Assembly (NCBI GenBank): GCA_002256025.1
Contig: NKIB01014815.1
Coordinates: 1 to 40,375 of the forward strand
Direction of reading: 5' to 3'
DNA length: 40,375 nucleotides
Origin: Asterionella formosa
Taxonomy: Eukaryota
Shown here: positions 33,765-40,375 of the stretch, one piece after another
How positions within the stretch are numbered: the first letter of the stretch is position 1
How the letters are laid out: each line of letters opens with the position of its first letter
The notes under the pieces: model-generated
Databases searched by the model: none
What the model saw: the letters and a program-made list of their open reading frames with translations, nothing else
What the model was told of the DNA's origin: nothing
Made by a program: the position numbers and the translations under genes

Positions 33765-34450
33765 ACCGGTACCTGGTAGCTGGTACCTGGTACCAGGTAC
33801 CTGATGCCACAAACCACCGCTTTGCGTACAATCGCTTGTTGACCCGGAGTTTTGCGTGTGTTGCAGTTATTGTCATATGTACGAGCACTAAAATGCTGTT
33901 CCGGTCTTGCGAGTGTTAAAAGGATCAGGTACCAGGTACTTTACCTGGTACGAGGCACAACGATGTCATGCAGCACGGCCGACGGTGAGTCTTCGATACA
34001 TAGAAGAGGGTACTGGTGCCAGTACCTGGTACCAGGTACCAGGTACAAGGCCGGGACTGATGCATGGTACGAGGTACAGTATGAAAGCTATGTACAGTTG
34101 CAGGGTATGTAGCCTACATACGTATGTGTAGCTACATTCGTTGCCATAGAAAGTGAACCGGATCAGGTACGTTTAGTCCAGTCCTCGGAGTACCTAACTG
34201 TATTTAGGAATACAAAATAGCCACATACGACATACATACGTCTGAACCAGGACTCCGCCACATGACACCATGTTAAGAGAACAGGTACGAGCAAGTTGAG
34301 GTATTTTTGCCGGTGCTAAACGTTTAGCTATGTTTTATCCAGGGTTAAAATGTTTATTTAAGCAAAATGACAGAAACATGCAGGGTACCTGGTACCCGGG
34401 ACCAGGGTACCAGGGTAACAGGTACCAGGGTGGTGCCAGTACCTGGTATG
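33765..34450. repeat. Largest cluster of (GGTACCW)n palindromic heptamer arrays, in the divergent COX6A/PTOX intergenic region
   Basis: E.g. GGTACCTGGTACCAGGTACCTG (~33782), AGTACCTGGTACCAGGTACCAGGTAC (34021), GGTACCTGGTACCCGGGACCAGGGTACCAGGGTAACAGGTACCAGG (34384). Confidence 0.85.
34288..34385. mobile_element. MITE copy (~98 bp, TA-flanked)
   Basis: TA|CGAGCAAGTTGAGGTATTTTTGC...TGTTTATTTAAGCAAAATGACAGAAACATGCAGGG|TA, homologous to 35251-35349. Confidence 0.7.
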
Positions 34451-35250
34451 GAATCCGAGTGCCTGCAAGTTGCGGTAATTTTGCTTCTTTGTGTACAAAT
34501 GTTAACGATACTTATTCCCGAAACGGACAAATATTTCACGACTCGGCAGCCGTTAAGAAATCAAAGTATGCAACTTGTAACAGCTCGCGCCGGCGGGCCG
34601 CACAAAAACGACTGGACAAAATTTGATAAATTCAGATAAATAGGGACAAAACAGGTTCTGACGAATTGCAATTTTGGTAACCGGTTCTGGTAGCCGAAAA
34701 TTCATGAGGAATGCATTTTAACATGATAAGAAATACTCATACTGACCTTTCTTCGTAACCTTTTGTAATAACTCTTTAATCGCTCAAAGACGAATGATTG
34801 ACAATGTTATCTAGTCTCTTTCTATTTCAGTAGCAACGTTGTATTAGCAGCTGGCTGGCTACAACGACTCCTATTTTGTACTCGCTGGTTACTACACAGC
34901 ATTACGTACATGGTACCAACCACCTCTCAATCACCAAGATGTACACCTTATTCAGCTGCATTTCTGGTTGATGCATCTGTGTGTTTAACAGTGGTTGGCT
35001 ACTGGTACTCCTTGCCATATGATAGACTACCGGGTAGGACAAACAGTTTAGCAGTGATGTAATGATGCGTGATTGCAGCAGTTACTTGGTTTGTGCATGT
35101 CATTTTCCTACTCGGAGTACCGTATATTGGAGTACTCCTACATAATTCTGCATATAGTATTTTACAAAAACGATGACGATGTTCCAAGACTCACAGCAAT
35201 TGCACAAGAACACCAAGACGTGCGCGTATGAAAGATGGAATACATTAATA

Positions 35251-35349
35251 CCTGCAAGTTGCGGTAATTGTGCTGCTGAAACAAAATATGTAGCTATATT
35301 TATCTTAGATTAAATTGTTTATTTAAGCATATGACCGCAACTTGCCTGG
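35251..35349. mobile_element. MITE copy (~99 bp, best-preserved TIRs, TA-flanked)
   Basis: TA|CCTGCAAGTTGCGGTAATTGTGCT ... AGCATATGACCGCAACTTGCCTGG|TA. Confidence 0.8.
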
Positions 35350-35515
35350 TAAAGATGTACAGAGCAAAAGTATTTTACATGTATCTAGAGGATGGCGATA
35401 CCGATATCTGTGGTGGTAGTAAAATAACTACCCGGTAATTCAAAACAATTCTTCATATCGTTGTGCCCAGTGCCCTTCCATCACAATTATTAACATTCAC
35501 AGACTATTGCAGACG

Positions 35516-36673
35516 ATGAAGCTCTGGTCTTCTCTCATTCAGCTTTCCCTTTGCAGGTGTATTATAGCATTCATTCCTCGCAGTTATTTGATTCGTACCA
35601 ACCTTGGTCAGAGCAATCGATTCGTGGTAAATGCGCCAGATGAATTGACAAACACAGAATTAGGCGATGAATCTGACGATGGATACATTGAAATTGCGTA
35701 CGAAAACTACTTTGATGGCACTAAACCAGAATCTTCTTTCGTCCTAGCAACAAATAACTTCGCTCGTCAGCTTCCGACTATTTTTATTCAAATGTTTGAA
35801 TCTCTTGGTCTCATCAAAGAAGACACCCTTCGTCCTCCTGCCTGCCTACATTTTAAGCTCAGCAATGATGGCGTCTACGAAACTGAGAGATTGAGGGCCG
35901 AAGCTGGAAATGGCGTAGAAGCCCATCCTGTAGCCATGGCACTCTACAAAGCTGGTTGTCTAGTTCTAGACGTATTGTATGACGAAGACCGTCCAATTCA
36001 GCGCTTTTGGTTTTTGGAGATTATTGCTCGAATTCCATATTTTTCCTACGTCAGCATGTTGCACCTCTACGAGTCCTTGGGCTGGTGGAGAGCTGTTGAA
36101 CTTCGCAAGGTTCATACAGCGCAGGAGTGGAACGAACTGCATCATTTGCTCATTATGGAATCACTTGGAGGAAATAGTAGGTGGAGTGATCGATTCATGG
36201 CATACCACGTCGCAATTGCATACTATTGGCTATTGAATATCGTATTTCTGTTTTCTCCTCGCATCGCCTACCAGTTTATGGAACTCTTGGAGTGCCATGC
36301 TGTTGATACTTATAGTACATTTATCCGAGAGAATCGCAAACGCTTGAAAGAACTTCCTGCACCAAGCGTCGCTCGATCATATTATTCACTAGGAGATCTA
36401 TACCTCTTTGATGACTTTCAAGTCTCTCGCCCAGTGGGAACTCGCCGACCACCTTGTGAAAACTTGTTCGATGCCTTTGATAACATTTGTCAAGACGAAG
36501 CCGAACATGTTAAGACTATGAAAGCCTGTCAAAATTATGCAATTTATGGAATTCGAGTGGTGAGTCCACATTTGAGTAACAGACATACTGATGTTCATAT
36601 CAAACGGGAGAAATGGAAGGAATGGAGTGAACAGGTGAATGAAAAGTTTCCGACAGAGACAGATGGTTTCTAG
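35516..36673 (+). CDS. PTOX: Plastid terminal oxidase (alternative oxidase family di-iron protein)
   Basis: Signal peptide ending IIA-FIP; motifs RFWFLEIIARIPYFSYVSMLHLYESLGWW, QEWNELHHLLIMESLGG, ELLECHAVDTY and DEAEHVKTM. Confidence 0.9.
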   Translation: MKLWSSLIQLSLCRCIIAFIPRSYLIRTNLGQSNRFVVNAPDELTNTELGDESDDGYIEIAYENYFDGTKPESSFVLATNNFARQLPTIFIQMFESLGLIKEDTLRPPACLHFKLSNDGVYETERLRAEAGNGVEAHPVAMALYKAGCLVLDVLYDEDRPIQRFWFLEIIARIPYFSYVSMLHLYESLGWWRAVELRKVHTAQEWNELHHLLIMESLGGNSRWSDRFMAYHVAIAYYWLLNIVFLFSPRIAYQFMELLECHAVDTYSTFIRENRKRLKELPAPSVARSYYSLGDLYLFDDFQVSRPVGTRRPPCENLFDAFDNICQDEAEHVKTMKACQNYAIYGIRVVSPHLSNRHTDVHIKREKWKEWSEQVNEKFPTETDGF

Positions 36674-37556
36674 CGAATTGATACCCCTCAACGAAGCAAG
36701 AAATGGTGAACAGCTTCAACATGCCTCACGGTAATCCAATTTGACACAAGGGTAACGTGAGAGTTGGCTTGATTCTGCTTTCGGTAACATTCTGTTGCAC
36801 TGGGTTTCACAAGTGATTGTATAGTCAACTATAGACAACTGAATTCAAACCGTGAAAATCTGTTATTCAACCGGTGCTCGAAATTCCTTTCCTGTCCAAC
36901 ACTTTGAAAGTATGTGAGAGTATAGCTTACTGTGCTCCTTCGTTGGCGGTATCGGGTGACAAAACGTGCAGTAAAGGCAATAGCGCCGATCACACAAACA
37001 TATACAAGCATCATTCCCGATGCTTCAAAAGGTTTCACCTGTAAAGTCGTACTGTTTTCGTGTAATTGTTGCTTATAAATGTGATATGATAGCGTGCAGT
37101 AGAAGGCAAAGGATGAATCAATGTTTTGAATCTATGATTGCTTAGATTTCCAAAATCCCAGAAAGATTTGCTGTTATTCGGCTTTATGATGTCACAACTT
37201 TGAATAATGATTAATTATTGCGATTTATAATGAAAAATTACAAGATATGAAATCTCTTTCCACTCCAGTAGTATTGCAAATAAATTGCGTGCGCAGGAAG
37301 GAATTTATGTTCCGAAGTAATTCGATGAGACAAGGGTGTTTTGTTGCCTTCGTTTATAACCCAAAACAAACCTCCCAAGAGAAAAGAACGAGGATGTGAT
37401 AGCAGGATTATCACTTTGAATACAATGTGCAGAATTTCCCTTTAACAATATCTTCCGCTCCTTTGATGTGTCGGTCGAGCTGGGGCCCTATAGATAAGGT
37501 GCTTTTCGATTTTTTGATTTCGCGCATTGGAGCTCCGTATAATTCAGATAACAAAT

Positions 37557-39101
37557 TTATTTCATTTTTTTAGCACAATTCTTGTGCGGCGGAGGAAGCC
37601 CTCCATTCTCCATCAGCTGAATGCCGTCCAAAGTATATTCATAATTTTGCGCCCCCTTGCCTTGATGAAATCTCGTGGTCCATATATCAGTACTATAACT
37701 ACTACCTCGAACGCCAACAAACACGGTTGATTCCGTCGCGATGAAAAAATTCATCATGCTTTGCAGAAGCTGTCCATAGTTTATCGATTCGGGATGATCC
37801 TTGTAGTATTGATCCATTAGCAGTCGACCACACTCGAAAACGGCTACATTACCATGGCCCAATCCTTGTCCATGAGAACCCCTGCCATCGCCCACCACAC
37901 GATTCATTGTCTCCAGATTGCTGTCGGCGAAGACCTTAAACTTTTCGTACATGCCCCCTTCCTTCACTTCAATGCCTGCTCGCGAAACAGCAATAAAGAC
38001 TCCCTTGGTGGTTGGGTATTTTTCGTGCACCAATTCTTCGACCCTATTGAATAGTACAGTCAAGTTCTTCTCCATGGACCGTCCACAAACATGGTCCATC
38101 ATTTCTAGTTCAATTCTCGCATGAAGGGCTACATACTCCGTTGCCGCGTATTGTTGTACACACGACATGGCAAGATCACGCCAAACCTGCTTTGGTCGCA
38201 ATGCGTTGAGTAATTTTGCATCTGCCTGAAATGGTACTTTCGTTTGTTTGTTTTGCATGGCAATATAGTCATTCCATAGTCGTCCCGCCCCCTTCCCGGC
38301 TCCGTAGGGTAAAGGTTTTTTGCAGTGCTCTACATTCGGTAACAAATCCAGTTTGCGAGGATTCCCAACCTGTTGTCGAGTGGCAAATTGAATGGATATG
38401 TTGGCAATAGGAGTAAGAAAGCCTTGCTGCAAGACTTTCTGAGTCAGTAGATCGTATTGACTCATGTTCATTTTTGCTTTGGAATCAAGCAACGACCAAC
38501 AATCGAAACCATTTTGGTGGTGATGGTTAGAGCGTTTCATTTCAGCATACTCCACCAAGGTTGGTAATGTCTGTTGTTCATTCCAATGTTCGACATCAAA
38601 CAATAAATCATGAGGAATTGGAAACCATGTTTCTTTCCCATTAATTTCAATTTGTGTTGCCCACAAAATGGATGGCAAAAGTAACTTGTTTACGTTGTTC
38701 TTCATGGCGTGGATACAAAAGGCCAAAATGCGAATGACTTGATTGCGGTACCCTCCCATTAGTCCAGGTGGGTATACTAGTGCTAGTATCTTGTCGTTGT
38801 TGTCGTTAGCCTCCAATAGTTGTTTCTGTTCATTCCTTTTCTGAACATGACGTTGCTGTTGATTGATGGAGTGGTTCGAGACAGGAGAAGGTTGGCCATT
38901 ACTAAATGTTGTTAAATAAGCCAAACAAAGCGATATTGCCAAAAGGAGAGTGAAAAAAACCACAATGAATGGTAGTATCGAATGATTCTTCTGCTGGGAA
39001 GATTGTCTCTTTCGTCGAGTGTTGTTTTCTTCGGAAGACAAGGGACGTTTGAGCCTGAGAATTGGCGCTCTTCGACGCGACGATGCTTGTTGTTGTGGCA
39101 T
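37557..39101 (-). CDS. O-fucosyltransferase-like type II membrane glycosyltransferase
   Basis: N-terminal TM (ILPFIVVFFTLLLAISLCLAYL); motifs GGYRNQ, HDLLFDVEHWN, YVALHARIELEM and VFVGVRGSSYS. Start at ATG 39101. Confidence 0.72.
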   Translation of the reverse strand: MPQQQASSRRRAPILRLKRPLSSEENNTRRKRQSSQQKNHSILPFIVVFFTLLLAISLCLAYLTTFSNGQPSPVSNHSINQQQRHVQKRNEQKQLLEANDNNDKILALVYPPGLMGGYRNQVIRILAFCIHAMKNNVNKLLLPSILWATQIEINGKETWFPIPHDLLFDVEHWNEQQTLPTLVEYAEMKRSNHHHQNGFDCWSLLDSKAKMNMSQYDLLTQKVLQQGFLTPIANISIQFATRQQVGNPRKLDLLPNVEHCKKPLPYGAGKGAGRLWNDYIAMQNKQTKVPFQADAKLLNALRPKQVWRDLAMSCVQQYAATEYVALHARIELEMMDHVCGRSMEKNLTVLFNRVEELVHEKYPTTKGVFIAVSRAGIEVKEGGMYEKFKVFADSNLETMNRVVGDGRGSHGQGLGHGNVAVFECGRLLMDQYYKDHPESINYGQLLQSMMNFFIATESTVFVGVRGSSYSTDIWTTRFHQGKGAQNYEYTLDGIQLMENGGLPPPHKNCAKKMK

Positions 39102-39314
39102 GTAAAAATATATAATATGTTGCTTATGTGTAACAATTGTATTGTTACGCACATTTCAAAACAAAGGTAACGGTAGACTACCAGGTGTGTCGCTGTATGT
39201 ACGCATCCCCATTATGCTGCTTGTACTCCTCCGAGTGCCAGGTGATAGCCTTGAAGGTGCGGTAAAACACGGTTTTACATAAAAAAAGATAAAGCTAAAT
39301 ATTCTTGGGACGGA

Positions 39315-39450
39315 GTACCGGTACAGGTACTCCTATCACCAGGAGGTACCTGGTACCAGGTACCGGTACTCTACATACCAAATACTTACCGCCCTGGTGC
39401 TGGTACCTGGTACTCCTACCACTGCTCTTGTTTACGAGTACGGTACCTGG
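39315..39450. repeat. (GGTACCW)n cluster upstream of the O-fucosyltransferase-like gene, abutting the LTR
   Basis: GTACCGGTACAGGTAC, GGTACCTGGTACCAGGTACCGGTAC, GGTACCTGGTAC and GGTACCTGG|TGAGC. Confidence 0.85.
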
Positions 39451-39647
39451 TGAGCGATCTTGCGCATCAATACAGATGTATATAGGGTTAGTGTTATATC
39501 ATATATGTATAAGAACTCAATAATGAGAGAACTCGACTAACCCTCATTGTATACTTTGATGTCGACTTGGAGAACGAGTAACACACAAGGATTAACAAAT
39601 AAGCTCATATATTCAACAAAAACTACTACTTCTAGTTAGATATTTCA
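39451..39647 (+). mobile_element. LTR (~197 bp, TG...CA), probably the 5' LTR of a Gypsy element running off the window
   Basis: Co-linear with the reverse complement of 6733-6927 (shared blocks TACAGATGTATATAGGGTTAG, AATAATGAGAGAACTCGACTAAC, AAATAAGCTCATATATTCAACAAA, ACTACTACTTCTAGTTAGATA). Confidence 0.88.
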
Positions 39648-40375
39648 CTTTGAATTCAAAAAGAGTCCAATTAGAATTAATATTGTTGATGTCCTCTCAA
39701 ATTCCAGTGGTCCCATTGATGAAGGATAACAACATACTAAACATCAAGATTCAAACTTCTTTGTGTATCCTAACAAGCCAGGTCGACATTTGGAGTCTTA
39801 CAGAAAAGATATGATCAATTGACGCTCAGGGGAAGCTTGTTTATTGATTTCAGTAAATCCTGTGATATGGCTAACACATATATCTTCAGTCCAGCAGATT
39901 CCTTGCTTGTTCATCTACTGCTACAAAAGATGACTCACAGATATCGTCTTGTCTGACTGGATGAGCGTTGCAATACACTCAGATGCTCAGTCCCAACATA
40001 ACAGTCTCAACAAGAAAGTCATAGTGATGTGGCTGGAAGATTACCTTCTTCATGATATCTCTGAGAGTCAATAACAGTGGCTGGATGCCATGATATTACT
40101 CAATAAAACATTTCAACATGTTTATAATCGACTTCGCTGCCTGTCTCAAGACCTTAAAGAAGCTCCTAAAACTCATGATAACTCATCCAGAAGATCAAGA
40201 GGTTTCCGCCAAGGAAGATTTGAGGCTGATTGTCATTTTGCTTGATCGACAATGCGTGGCAACAAGTGATTGAATGGAACAATGAAAAGAACACAAAATA
40301 ATTGATTTGCTTGGTTTTGACTTACTTCGAGAGTCAACAATCATTAAAAGATCAACTCAAGCACATCCTCAAGCA
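39648..40375 (+). pseudogene. Probable decayed internal (gag-like) region of the LTR element
   Basis: Follows the LTR directly, with no matching target-site duplication after the LTR; only short stop-interrupted coding-like fragments. Family identity is not verifiable by eye. Confidence 0.35.

Noticed and set aside
33765..34450. CRISPR-like interpretation of the recurring palindromic repeats
   Set aside because: There is no constant 23-47-bp repeat with regular unique spacers, no cas genes, and the context is eukaryotic.
33634..34639. Short ORFs rich in YQVPGT/WYLVPG (also 143-388, 7720-8097, 28919-29382, 39305-39523)
   Set aside because: They are translations of the stop-poor (GGTACCW)n arrays rather than real proteins.
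3249..36673. Functional cluster of plastid-targeted genes (DUF6816-like, tandem paralogs, DUF1118, PTOX)
   Set aside because: They are interspersed with unrelated housekeeping genes, and nothing in the sequence indicates co-regulation.
6733..39647. One giant element bounded by ~195-bp inverted repeats carrying all intervening genes
   Set aside because: The repeats are TG...CA LTRs, one with a PPT and integrase, and the second points out of the interval. The intervening genes are ordinary intron-containing host genes.

Overview
Eukaryotic nuclear DNA, most likely from a diatom. Evidence: short GT-AG introns, bipartite signal+ASAF-type plastid presequences, and diatom-style transposon remnants. 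The window holds about 16 protein-coding genes: ABCF, DUF6816-like, PETER PAN/Ssf1, two tandem orphan putative thylakoid-membrane paralogs, meiotic SPO11-2, a mitochondria-targeted bacterial-type YtoQ, two claudin-like tetraspan paralogs, a CaMK-like kinase, DUF1118, PTH2, a plasmepsin-V-like protease, COX6A, PTOX and an O-fucosyltransferase-like protein. It also contains tRNA-Leu(AAG) and a dense layer of mobile DNA: two copies of a ~195-bp Gypsy LTR, a Harbinger transposase pseudogene, a 2.3-kb TA-flanked TIR element, a ~100-bp MITE family and a tRNA-derived SINE-like element. The most striking unexplained signal is a palindromic (GGTACCW)n heptamer array. It sits upstream of most genes, is absent from convergent 3' junctions, and is where both LTRs and several TIR elements have inserted. 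All family assignments come from motif recognition by eye, not from database searches.
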